NCBI GenBank assembly: GCA_965198175.1
Contig: OZ240245.1
Span: forward strand, 2,720,001 to 2,784,000
From: Candidatus Poribacteria bacterium
Lineage (GTDB): Bacteria; Poribacteria; WGA-4E; PCPOR2b
Length of the DNA: 64,000 nucleotides
Direction of reading: 5' to 3'
Position 1 is the stretch's first letter; each line of letters opens with the position of its first letter. A model generated the notes under the pieces. It saw nothing but the letters and a program-made list of their open reading frames with translations. It was not told the DNA's origin and made no database searches. Positions 52,686 through 62,269 of the stretch are shown in pieces. The position numbers and the translations under genes are program-made.

Positions 52686-53552
52686 ATGACACGTAAATGG
52701 AAAACAGCGTTTCTCACAATTTTGGACTATAGCACAATGCCGTCGATTGATGTAATCGAGTCGCTGCGTCGTTTGGGGTATGAAGGTATTGAGTGGACTA
52801 TGGACCACTTTGATCCCGATAAGCCGCTTGCACAACTGCGCGAATTGGTCAATCAGACTCATGATGCGGGAATGGAGGTATCCCAAATTATGGCGCATAC
52901 CGACCTAATTTCGCTCGACGATGCGGTGCGTAAGCGAAAAACCGATCGAATTGTGCGCGGTATAAGAGCTGCAGGCGAGTGTGGGGTGAGTGCGGTCAGT
53001 GTTTTGACGGGACCGTCGATTTGGGAGCCGGACCACGTCCGCATTGGTGAAGATATGAGTGAGATGGCTGCCTGGGATCAGGCGATTGAAGCTATTGAGA
53101 CCTTCGTCGAAGCCGCTGAAGATTCCAATATTGTCATCACGTCTGAGGCAGTCTATGGAATGCTTGCCCACGATTTCTTTACTCACAAGTGGCTGGTGGA
53201 TCAGGTGGATCGCCCAGCACACAAGGTCAATTTTGATCCGTCGCACCACGTTCTCTACGGTATAGAAGATATGCGCTGGCTTATTCACCAGTGGGGAGAT
53301 AGAATCGCTCACGTTCATATCAAGGACGCCATCGGTATACCTCAACTCAACAAGTTTGTCTTTCCGCTGCTGGGTGAAGGCAGAGTGAACTGGCAAGATT
53401 TTTTCGTCGGTCTTGAGGAGATTGACTACCAGGGGTTCTGCAGCCTCGAGTTCGAGTCCTTTCGTTTCTATCGCCAAGTCCTGAAAAACAATCCGGAAGC
53501 CGCAGCCCAAATCTTGCTCGAACAACTAAACGCACTTCTAGATGATGATTGA
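52686..53552 (+). CDS. Sugar phosphate isomerase/epimerase
   Basis: GYEGIE, NFDPSH, HVHIKD, LGEGRVNW, SLEFE. Confidence 0.9.
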   Translation: MTRKWKTAFLTILDYSTMPSIDVIESLRRLGYEGIEWTMDHFDPDKPLAQLRELVNQTHDAGMEVSQIMAHTDLISLDDAVRKRKTDRIVRGIRAAGECGVSAVSVLTGPSIWEPDHVRIGEDMSEMAAWDQAIEAIETFVEAAEDSNIVITSEAVYGMLAHDFFTHKWLVDQVDRPAHKVNFDPSHHVLYGIEDMRWLIHQWGDRIAHVHIKDAIGIPQLNKFVFPLLGEGRVNWQDFFVGLEEIDYQGFCSLEFESFRFYRQVLKNNPEAAAQILLEQLNALLDDD

Positions 53553-53688
53553 GTGCGGTCACTGCAACGCGAATATACGAACAGGTAATCTTAACCACTA
53601 TCGGCATAGCCGCTGCATCGCTCTTCGTCCTGAATTCCAATAATCCGGTAAATGACACCTGTAAAATCGTTAATGAAAGGAGATTGAA

Positions 53689-53913
53689 GTGAAACCCTTT
53701 TTTGTGTTTTGTGCATCGTTAGTTTATTTTTGCTGCATAGGGATAATTCTCCTGGCTTTGCTGAAAATTTCTTCAGGCATCGCTGACAACCGTGATTTTG
53801 TGTCAATGTTCGGCTCAATACTATTCACGTCTGCCTTCTTTGCTTTCCTTGTATGGTACAGTTCCCGACGAAAGAAGCAAGCCAAAGATCAGTCCGATTC
53901 GAAGGAAGATTAG
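53689..53913 (+). CDS. Small two-TM protein
   Basis: AAGGAG RBS, two hydrophobic stretches, basic tail. Confidence 0.55.
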   Translation: MKPFFVFCASLVYFCCIGIILLALLKISSGIADNRDFVSMFGSILFTSAFFAFLVWYSSRRKKQAKDQSDSKED

Positions 53914-53918
53914 TTTTT

Positions 53919-54200
53919 GTAGGTTGGGTAGAGGGATCAAACAAGCGAACAGCGAGTGCGATAGTCTTCTCTAACAAAATCCTCCCCCTTAACAAGGAGG
54001 AATCAAGCGAGATCAACTGAGCGGATAGCGAAGGCGATAGTTCCCTAGCGAGTGCGATAGTCTTCTCTAGTTCTTGTAGGTTGGGTAGAGCGGATATGAT
54101 GAAAAATGTGAATTATGAGCATGAGTTTGCTTAGTTGATTGCGTTCAAGAATAGATTGCGCGTAGCGAAACCCAACGCTTCTGAAACGTCCGGACGACCA
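53919..54200. repeat. GTAG-type REP cluster
   Basis: GTAGGTTGGGTAGAG at 53919 and 54076; GCGAAACCCAACGC at 54165; 23-bp direct repeat at 53951 and 54047. Confidence 0.75.
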
Positions 54201-54736
54201 CAAAACGTTTCCCGCCCCTATTGCTCTGTTGCCCTAGCGTTTTGATCGTGTATTTCAGAGATTATACCATTTCGTTTGAATAACAGTGCATATGACGGTT
54301 CAGCTATATCATTCTCTTTCTCTTTGTCCGTAGGCGGGGCATCTTGCCCCGCATTGGTGTGATTTGATTAACGCGATTAATGCACAGCAAATATAGAGAA
54401 ATGGTATTATTAGTATTTGGAGAGAACGTGATTTATGTTCTTTGCGTTCTCCGGACATGGAATGCTGATAAACATCGACAGTATAGACCATCTCCGAATC
54501 AAAACTGTCAAGCGGAGGGAAAAGTGACTGCATAAGATTGTGCTCTTCCGTACGCAGAACCATGTTGATGCTTAGAACAGCGACCGACCAAAGTACGTCG
54601 TCATGAAATCAGAAACCGAGAGCATGTCTGCAGGGTCTGGCGCCAAATCATTGACCGCATCAATGGTGTCGTCATTCAGATTGATACTCCTGGGTTCTAA
54701 TCACGGGGAGGCTTCGATCTCCCCCACAACTTTTAC

Positions 54737-55018
54737 ATGGAGATTGCATTGTTCACACCAGAAGAGATTTCTCGCATTAAGACGATAACATGGAAGAACC
54801 ATAGCGAACATGAATCTTTCATAGATTCTCTAATCGAAAAGCTGGATACATATGATTCGGGTGGAGGCGCAATATCCAAGACGGGCACGGTGCCAGTTTC
54901 AATATACGATCATGTGCGAGATTGGCTTGTTGAACTTAAACAGAAGCCATCACCTACTCGAATTGAACAATTGGTTGATATGTTAACTGACTCGCCCCAG
55001 ATTCTCCTTAACCAATAG
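54737..55018 (+). CDS. Small hypothetical protein
   Basis: 93-aa ORF with protein-like composition. Confidence 0.5.
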   Translation: MEIALFTPEEISRIKTITWKNHSEHESFIDSLIEKLDTYDSGGGAISKTGTVPVSIYDHVRDWLVELKQKPSPTRIEQLVDMLTDSPQILLNQ

Positions 55019-55055
55019 ATTGCGAGTCCCCACTGCGTTATTAAGGAGATTGACA

Positions 55056-55313
55056 ATGAAACAACCGTTGTTGCATGACACTATTACTCACGAGGAACTC
55101 AGATGCAAGAAGCTGATTCTCGTTGGCGACAATGGCGAAGAAGCCATCTTGCGTGTTATCACTGAACCGGCGGTATGCGATTCGCTTGATAACCACGTGA
55201 TAAAAGAGGCAGTTACGCGCATTCAATTTGAAGACCATAATGGCGAAATTCAAGATGTCGCGTCCGTCTCTGAAGGTCAAGTCGAACTTGCATTAAGTGA
55301 TCCTGTTAGCTAA
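55056..55313 (+). CDS. Small hypothetical protein
   Basis: AAGGAG RBS; EELRCKKLILVGDNG resembles the N-terminus of 1792-2085. Confidence 0.6.
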   Translation: MKQPLLHDTITHEELRCKKLILVGDNGEEAILRVITEPAVCDSLDNHVIKEAVTRIQFEDHNGEIQDVASVSEGQVELALSDPVS

Positions 55314-55912
55314 ATAAGAACAGCATAGAATTGTCCATCAACAATATTAGGTGTTGAAGCATAGCCGGATTGCGTAGCCTTGACACCTTAATGGCAGGGC
55401 ATGACTGTCTAAACATTGGGGGTAAGTTCAGTCCCCGCCAAATAGAATGGGCAACCCAATCCGCAGGCTGCCCCAGTTACAGGAATCACCTACGGCATAT
55501 GATCACGCATGGCAACATCCCTTTTGTTTGAGTGTTAGCACAGCTCCAACCGTGCCACCCGAATCGCATCACAAGCGCAATTGGGGATCATTGAGATTGG
55601 TTCAGATGTTCTATCATGATATAATGGCAACAAGCGACGCAAGTGGGTTTATCCTACCCACGTCTCCATTGCGTTGCTTAGTGTCATTCCTCTGCCCGCT
55701 AGTGTTCCCGCACTTTCGGGTATGAATGGCACTTATATCATTTCAAGAGATGAGACCAATCGTGCTTATGGTAACTTATAAATTGGAGTAAGAAAAGGGA
55801 AATAAGATTGAGGCAGGAAGATTTTAGTTGACAGGAAATATCATCTGCTATATTGCGAGAGCACCGAGAAGGTCAATTTGACTTTCTCACAACCTGAAAG
55901 GATGAGACTATG

Positions 55913-56320
55913 TTATTGGACATTTGAATTGCCATCATCTTGGGATTCATGAGACTCTGTATCTTGAGAGTTTTTCTGCCTTCTACTCCGAATGTTATTG
56001 GCTAATTCTGAATTTGATTTGCTACTTTTCCTTTGTTCCCAAAGCATATAACTGCCCAATACAAATCCAACCATTGTAAAGACCCAAAATGCTACTTCTG
56101 CCCATTCATACTTGAACTCTTTGGTTGTTATTATAGCTATGAGAGACGTTATTGCTGCTGATATCAACAACCTACCAAAACCGAATTGTGATTTGGCTCT
56201 ATCTCCACCTTGTTCCAATGCTTGTAATTCCTCTTCCTTCACGTCATACACAACGATATGACCAATACCCACACGGTGAACAAGAACTGTTTCTGATTCG
56301 TTCTTAGAATTGTCATTCAT
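55913..56320 (-). CDS. Two-TM membrane protein
   Basis: ATG starts 2 nt after the upstream stop; two TM helices and a basic C-terminus. Confidence 0.75.
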   Translation of the reverse strand: MNDNSKNESETVLVHRVGIGHIVVYDVKEEELQALEQGGDRAKSQFGFGRLLISAAITSLIAIITTKEFKYEWAEVAFWVFTMVGFVLGSYMLWEQRKSSKSNSELANNIRSRRQKNSQDTESHESQDDGNSNVQ

Positions 56321-56321
56321 A

Positions 56322-56585
56322 TCACAGATTCTTACGTAGCCAATCATTATTGGCATAGGAATTAAACCAAGCAGCCTCAACGCCAGATTTAATCACAAAC
56401 ATATAGTCATTAGGTGCTACAAGACTTCTGAGCGTATCACGTATTGTAACTGCCGAATGCTCAGTCACAACCGCCCAACAATTGGCATTGATTCTTGCCC
56501 ATGTTCCATATTCCTTCAGCTTATTTCCAACTGCCTCAATGTCAGCTGAATTTTTAATCTCGAAACAAACGATATATGTCTTCAT
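56322..56585 (-). CDS. Small ferredoxin-fold Cas2/VapD-like ('SinR family') protein
   Basis: MKTYIVCFEI...LKEYGTWARI...W.V......IRDTL......D.MFV....AAW. Confidence 0.65.
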   Translation of the reverse strand: MKTYIVCFEIKNSADIEAVGNKLKEYGTWARINANCWAVVTEHSAVTIRDTLRSLVAPNDYMFVIKSGVEAAWFNSYANNDWLRKNL

Positions 56586-56752
56586 TTAATTTGTCCTAAT
56601 GACCCTAAGAGATATAATACCACATAGTGCAATTCGTGTTCAACATATTATAACTTCAAAGGTGCATGAAATATACATTTCTATGGAATTAGCAGTTGTT
56701 GAGCTTGGGGTGAGAAACAACTAACTCCGAAAACGTTTGATAGAATTTAACA

Positions 56753-56983
56753 CTATTGCTGTTTGTTCGCGATATATTTCTTGTCGCCTTCATAATTTGA
56801 CATAAGCAACTCTAGTGCGCGTTTCAAATTCGAGTATCGTGCGTAAACATCAAGCAATGCATCACGACTTTCTTGCGCGTCGTGATACATATGAATAAGT
56901 TCGGGCAACGATGCCAACACTGTTTCGCAACTAGAATGTAACACTTTAGCACAATGAGATTCTACATTATCAGATGTATTCAT
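56753..56983 (-). CDS. Small helical hypothetical protein
   Basis: ATGA overlap with the upstream GIY-YIG-like gene. Confidence 0.55.
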   Translation of the reverse strand: MNTSDNVESHCAKVLHSSCETVLASLPELIHMYHDAQESRDALLDVYARYSNLKRALELLMSNYEGDKKYIANKQQ

Positions 56984-57438
56984 ATCAATCTCCAGGGGAT
57001 ATTTACTGCTATAGGTATTTCGTTTGATGATTGTTGGCTCAACTCTGGATTTAGTTTATCGTGCAGATAATTTTCGATTCCATGTCGAGTCGGCTCGTCT
57101 AATTCCAGTGCCCAAGCCACATTTAAGGAGCGGATATTATATACTTCGCGCAATATTGTTCGCTGAAATGACAGCCGATTCTCAATGTCACCTTCGCCGA
57201 CGTAGATTGTGTTTTGGGAAAACATGTTTCCGCGCCAGATAACGTAGATGCCAGATGGAGTAAGTATCAGCGGTTTGTCATATAATTTGTAATATTTACC
57301 AAACGGACTAACCCAATTCCAGTTCAAATGCTTACTTGGATACCATCGGCGAAAATATTCATTTATGGCATCACGAGATATATTGCGCTCTCTCGGGTTG
57401 AAAAACGATAATGCTTCATCATAAAGTCGTCTGGTCAT
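56980..57438 (-). CDS. GIY-YIG-like nuclease
   Basis: SGIYVIW...IYVGEG...RL...E..L...LNP. Confidence 0.7.
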   Translation of the reverse strand: MTRRLYDEALSFFNPRERNISRDAINEYFRRWYPSKHLNWNWVSPFGKYYKLYDKPLILTPSGIYVIWRGNMFSQNTIYVGEGDIENRLSFQRTILREVYNIRSLNVAWALELDEPTRHGIENYLHDKLNPELSQQSSNEIPIAVNIPWRLI

Positions 57439-57804
57439 GTCGTTGCCTCAAAATCAAATGTGTTCAGATGATGCCATAGGGTGTAGGAGTACCCTCTGGC
57501 AACTTTTTTCTTGCACTATTTGCAAGAACCGTGGAACAATAAAAAAGCACTAGCTTAGTGCGTTGTGGCAACCAACCTCTACGTCGCCTGTCAAGCCGTG
57601 AGGATTGGTAGAATTAAATCTTTCTTCAAGCCGTCCTGTTTGGGTGGCTTTTTTATTGCCGTATTGCTTTATGGATGGATGATACCTTACTCGCAAACAA
57701 AAGTGCAAGAAGAACGTATATTTAGACGGGAGGCGAATAAGAAACGTCTATCTAGGGTTGGAATTTAATATTAACATTGAAAGTTCATAGCATGGGAGAG
57801 AGCT

Positions 57805-57852
57805 ATGAATCTGATTGAAGTGACGCAGAGGTTTCCAACACAGGAATCGTGA
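57805..57852 (+). pseudogene. 5' stub of an IS1595 transposase
   Basis: GGGAGAG RBS then MNLIEVTQRFPTQES-stop, matching the N-termini of both IS1595 transposases in the window. Confidence 0.6.
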
Positions 57853-57861
57853 ATTGTTCTC

Positions 57862-58222
57862 GTAGGTTGGGTAGAGCGGTATTTTGAGAATCTTGCAATA
57901 TTGGACACGTGGCTTTCGTGAGTTGAGGCTGATTCAAAATCGCCATGACGGAGCGAAACCCAACGCATTTGAAACTTTCGGGAATCGACCGGCTAATTCA
58001 AACAGCACAACATTCGATACAATAAAAATCACCACAACGCATAGGAGTGATTTGGTGTTTGGTACGCAGCAATCAATAGGCCGCTTTTTTGTTGTCTAGA
58101 GGTTTTAAAAGAGTTGAGTTACGCTCTGCCTATTTTTCCATGGTCATGGCAAAGGAATTAGGACGCTTTACGGGTGGAGTAACGGTGCCGGGACGACCTG
58201 CTCAACCGAACCTACAGGAACT
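57862..58222. repeat. Composite REP (REPIN-like) element, copy 1
   Basis: Begins GTAGGTTGGGTAGAGCGG, contains GCGAAACCCAACGC, ends CAACCGAACCTACAGGAACT. Confidence 0.75.
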
Positions 58223-58229
58223 AGAAGTG

Positions 58230-59252
58230 CTAATCAAACGGAATAAAAGTGGTTTTTTCTGCCAATTCCTGGCAATCCTTATACCTTTCAGTTGTCGCTT
58301 CGAATCTATCGAAATACTGCTCGTAAAATTGTATCTTATCTTCCGATGTGCAGGTGTAGTGAATTTGCCTGACATCGAATGCTTGTCCTTCAAATATCTT
58401 TTTCAGGTTAAACTCCAAGGAATGCGGACCAACACCCAAAAGTATCAATTTTAATTCCCTATTTTGCTGGTCATGGTTAGCCAGTTCATTGATTCGGTCC
58501 GTGATGTCTTTAAACGTAAAATTTTCGTATGCATTGTGGCAGGAAACAGCGTTGTCTCCTCCTTCTCCATAGCTCGTCACTAATGGCTCTAATCCATTGG
58601 TGTGGGCGTTCAAACAGGTTTGGCTTATTGGGTAGCAGCTAGTCTTCTCCCCTATTTTAATTTCATCTTCATCACGTAAGTATAGTATGCCGTGAGGATG
58701 AAAAATATACCGAGCACAATATAGATATTTTTTTTCAAATTCTAGTCCGTTTTTTGTAAACCAAACTGACCGTTCCCGGTTGGGAGTGTTCAAGTATTGT
58801 TTTCTGAAGAAATCAACTACTTGACCTAATAGCAGCGTGTCATAGTTAAAGTTGATGAACACGCTTGGAGTTTTCGATCTTTTATTGTTCAAAAGGGTAT
58901 CTATATTGTTGTTCTTTACGAATGTCTCTATCCATCCCTCACGCTCCTGCCTTGCTTTTGACTTGAAGATCTTCTTGATAGCGTCGAATATAGCTCGTGT
59001 CGTCGCCGGGAAATCGGACGACTCCAATGCAAATTCGCTGATAAGATTATCAACTGTGGGATATTTTTTGCATGGTCCAACCGCTGGCAGTTCTTCGATA
59101 AAGGAGTTTGTGTTTTTATAAGAGCCAAGACATTCCATGTTATCATTTAAGTATTTTATTAGCATGCTCCGTAATTCACACCAGACGGGTAGCCCGTAAT
59201 CTACCGATGCCCCTGCTCCTAAGACAAATACGTTCACACATTTTGTATTCAT
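58230..59252 (-). CDS. SIR2-like (SIR2_2) protein, putative defence NADase
   Basis: FVLGAGASVDYGLP.W, INFNYDTLL, FHPHG, ILLG; AT-rich. Confidence 0.75.
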   Translation of the reverse strand: MNTKCVNVFVLGAGASVDYGLPVWCELRSMLIKYLNDNMECLGSYKNTNSFIEELPAVGPCKKYPTVDNLISEFALESSDFPATTRAIFDAIKKIFKSKARQEREGWIETFVKNNNIDTLLNNKRSKTPSVFINFNYDTLLLGQVVDFFRKQYLNTPNRERSVWFTKNGLEFEKKYLYCARYIFHPHGILYLRDEDEIKIGEKTSCYPISQTCLNAHTNGLEPLVTSYGEGGDNAVSCHNAYENFTFKDITDRINELANHDQQNRELKLILLGVGPHSLEFNLKKIFEGQAFDVRQIHYTCTSEDKIQFYEQYFDRFEATTERYKDCQELAEKTTFIPFD

Positions 59253-59448
59253 TATACCTTCCTTGAATGTATGAGATATGTTGATGCAAAATAACGAAAG
59301 CTAGGCTGTGCCAGCTGCTATTGGACGGGCTTCACAAAAAATTCACAAAATCAACCCAAACACCGGACAGAAGGCGGAACCGCGATTCATAATTGAACGA
59401 ATTCAGTAAACTACGACTGACGTTATTTTGCTTGATCTCATAAGCTTA

Positions 59449-59782
59449 ATGACGGATCGAAACCCAACGATCAAGCGACCGAATAGGGAGTGCGATAGTT
59501 TTCTTCAGTCTTTTCAAAACCAAACGCTTTTGAAACGTCCGAGCAACGAATCGGTTACTTCCCGTCGCACAACATTTGAGGCTATAAAAAGCAACAAAAG
59601 ACCAGATGGTTGTCTGGTGTTCGGTACGGAGCAATCCATAGGCCGCTCTTTTTTGTCCAGAGCCTTTAAAAGAGTTGGGTTACGCTCCACCTATTTTTCG
59701 ATCGTCATGGAAAAGAAATTGGGACGATTTAGGGTGCCGTGACCGTGCTGGGATTAGCCGCTTAACCCAACCTACAGGAACT
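59449..59782. repeat. Composite REP (REPIN-like) element, copy 2, direct repeat of copy 1
   Basis: Shared blocks GCACAACATT, TGGTGTT.GGTACG.AGCAATC.ATAGGCCGCT, TTTAAAAGAGTTG.GTTACGCTC, AACCTACAGGAACT. Confidence 0.75.
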
Positions 59783-59946
59783 TTTCGGCACGGCCGCGTC
59801 GTCTTTTCGGTTTCGTGCCCATATCTTTTTGGGGACGAGTTTCTTCCAGTTGTTTATCTGTTTTAGGCAAAGTGATGATTCCTAACTGTACTGTCAAAGG
59901 ATAAGGCAGGTTGTCCTATCTTTATTCGAGGTGTTTTCTAGGGTTG

Positions 59947-61032
59947 CTATTGCGCCGATTTTTCTCGGTTGCACTTTTTGCAGAGCATTTGACAATTCTC
60001 CTCATTGGTCTTGCCACCTTCAGACCAAGGTGTAATATGGTCCGCTTCCATTCCATCTATTGTGAAACCTTTGCTGCATTTGACACAAATACCTGATTGC
60101 TTCTCATAGACCTTTTGCTTCATGCCATCTGAAAAAGCACGTATATTCAATTGCTTTTCGTCACGAGTTAAAATGTATTGATATATCCCCGCCTTTTTTG
60201 TTACATCGTCATCAAGCACAAGCCGAGCGGTTTCTTTCTCAATCTTGTCAGTATCAAGTTTGGTGTCTCCAAAGGTGTCGTATAGAAAACCCCAATCTAC
60301 GCCCTTCATTATCGACTTTCTTTTCGTCGTAAATGTTTCCTCTACCCAACGAATCACTGACTGGAAGTATTCCCACAACGGGGCAGCAGTATTGTGGTTT
60401 TGATGCTGTCCCATATAGTCCTCAATCGCGTCTTTGCTGATCCATTTGATCGCTGTTTCCAAGTACGCCTGTCGGATTGCCGACCCATTGATATAGTCAC
60501 TGCCAATTTGATAAGCGGCACCTCCGCGTTTGCTGAAATACCGTTTTGCATCGGAAACCCAAGGGCCTGCGTAAACTGCGTTGCGTAACTCTTGATTAGT
60601 CAGCTCTTGTCCTGCAATATTGATTGTCTTGAACCAATCCAACTTCTCGCTATCTGTCCCACTGCACACATACACCATTAGCCTGTAATCCCGTATTAAG
60701 TCTGCTTTGTCGGCCGGGAGGTTGTGAAAGTATCGGTCATTAAATGAAAAGTCGCCTTCAACGTATTGTGCAATAGAGATTGTGCGTTGTTGCCCATCAA
60801 TTATCTCGAAAGTGCCGTCTTCCCGGTCGGCCCAGTACATTACGTTCAAGGGAAATCCCTTTAGAATAGAATCCACCACGGCATTGCGTTCTTTATCCTT
60901 GTAGATAAATTCTCGTTGAAATCGAGGGCGTATATCTAGTTTTCCGCCGTAGCCAGTCACGCCTCCCTCGCCATCGTCACGATACTCATTGACGAGTTCT
61001 CTAACAGTGAGATCTAATAATTCAATTTTCAT
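59947..61032 (-). CDS. DUF262 (GmrS-like) plus HNH endonuclease
   Basis: IRPRFQREF, IIDGQQRT, F..IN..G..LT.QEL.NA; C..C...ADHITPWSEGGKT...NCQMLC..CN. Confidence 0.9.
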   Translation of the reverse strand: MKIELLDLTVRELVNEYRDDGEGGVTGYGGKLDIRPRFQREFIYKDKERNAVVDSILKGFPLNVMYWADREDGTFEIIDGQQRTISIAQYVEGDFSFNDRYFHNLPADKADLIRDYRLMVYVCSGTDSEKLDWFKTINIAGQELTNQELRNAVYAGPWVSDAKRYFSKRGGAAYQIGSDYINGSAIRQAYLETAIKWISKDAIEDYMGQHQNHNTAAPLWEYFQSVIRWVEETFTTKRKSIMKGVDWGFLYDTFGDTKLDTDKIEKETARLVLDDDVTKKAGIYQYILTRDEKQLNIRAFSDGMKQKVYEKQSGICVKCSKGFTIDGMEADHITPWSEGGKTNEENCQMLCKKCNREKSAQ

Positions 61033-62033
61033 TGACGTGTCCTCTTTCTCCGGATTACGATGCGAACATAGGTGGGTTTACCATTTATTGCTCCGTCCTT
61101 ATCTTTGATAAGCCCGTGGGATTTGACAGGAACTATATCATTCGACCTTATGTCATTGGCACTTACTATCTCAAATTGGTCTGGGTTATGCTTATCAAGA
61201 AAACTGATCGGCACTCCCATCGCTCCGTCATAATCACAAGGAATATCCGCAGTCTTATTCACATTGATGGCATCATAGTTGTCGTACTTCGGATACTCCT
61301 CGGGCGAATACTTCTTGTACGGAATCAACTCCTCGTTACGCTTGGCGTGTTCAAGGTTGGTAAACCAACTAGCATTTCCCAGCCTGCCTTTGACGACACC
61401 ATCTACTATCCTGTAAGCACTCCCCTCTTTCTTGGTGTCAACTAACTCTTGTGCATAGTCTTTCGGCACATCAAAGAGCATATCTTTCCCCATCGGGCCG
61501 TGACCAAGCCACAATTTGCCATTTTTGATTAAAGGGAACATTTCCTTATAAGTTATCGCATTCATACTCCCGACAATCAGGAATTTTTTGTCATGCTCTG
61601 CTAATTGCGCGACGTATTCTCTAAACAATGAAAATGGCGGGTTTGTAACGACGACATCCGCTTTTTTCAATAACTCGATACATTCCCGACTTCTAAAATC
61701 GCCGTCCCCCTTAAGTTCAAATCGTGCAAACTTTGTATCCTCGCCGGTGTATTCAGCACCGACAGCCGAATCCTTATCGTGTGTGCTGAACAGCTCGTAT
61801 TGCAGATTTCTGTAACAGGTTGTAATCAGTTTTTTTAGTCCGAGCTTGTTAAAGTTTAGGCGAAAATAGCTGGTGAAGTTACTCTCGGTTGGGTCATCGC
61901 AGTTACAGTAAATGGTCTTCCCGCGAAAGTGGCCTCTATAATTCTTGAGTTCTTTCTCAATATCTGCAAGCTGTGTATAAAACTTATCTTGTTTTGCCTT
62001 GTTCGCGGCGTGTAGAGGTTTATTTCCTGACAT
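61029..62033 (-). CDS. EcoRI-family adenine DNA methyltransferase
   Basis: FYT, IYCNCDDP, GDGDFRS.EC, VVTNPPFSLF, YDNYDAINV, MGVPISFL. Confidence 0.92.
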   Translation of the reverse strand: MSGNKPLHAANKAKQDKFYTQLADIEKELKNYRGHFRGKTIYCNCDDPTESNFTSYFRLNFNKLGLKKLITTCYRNLQYELFSTHDKDSAVGAEYTGEDTKFARFELKGDGDFRSRECIELLKKADVVVTNPPFSLFREYVAQLAEHDKKFLIVGSMNAITYKEMFPLIKNGKLWLGHGPMGKDMLFDVPKDYAQELVDTKKEGSAYRIVDGVVKGRLGNASWFTNLEHAKRNEELIPYKKYSPEEYPKYDNYDAINVNKTADIPCDYDGAMGVPISFLDKHNPDQFEIVSANDIRSNDIVPVKSHGLIKDKDGAINGKPTYVRIVIRRKRTRQ

Positions 62034-62269
62034 ATTGTCAACCCATTTTGCTGTTTTTTTGCGTGTACAGTAATGACTTATTATGCTGAACCACCAGTTT
62101 TGTAGGTTGAATTAATCGGTTACATATCCACTGTTATCAACATATTCACGGCTTCTCATCGCCATCTGACTCGTTTTCCCTTTGCTCCCTAGCCCAACCC
62201 AACGCTTTTTTCGTCCGTGTTTGTAAATGCATCCACTCTTCGGCGATTATAATCGTATAGCCTTCGCCC

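Noticed and set aside
57884..58454. ORFs 57884-58099 and 58089-58454, and the similar ORF at 59428-59742
   Set aside because: The similarity comes from translating the non-coding repeat; no RBS.
53919..59782. CRISPR array near the Cas2-like gene
   Set aside because: The repeats are irregularly spaced REP-type palindromes with no repeat-spacer periodicity, and there is no cas1.
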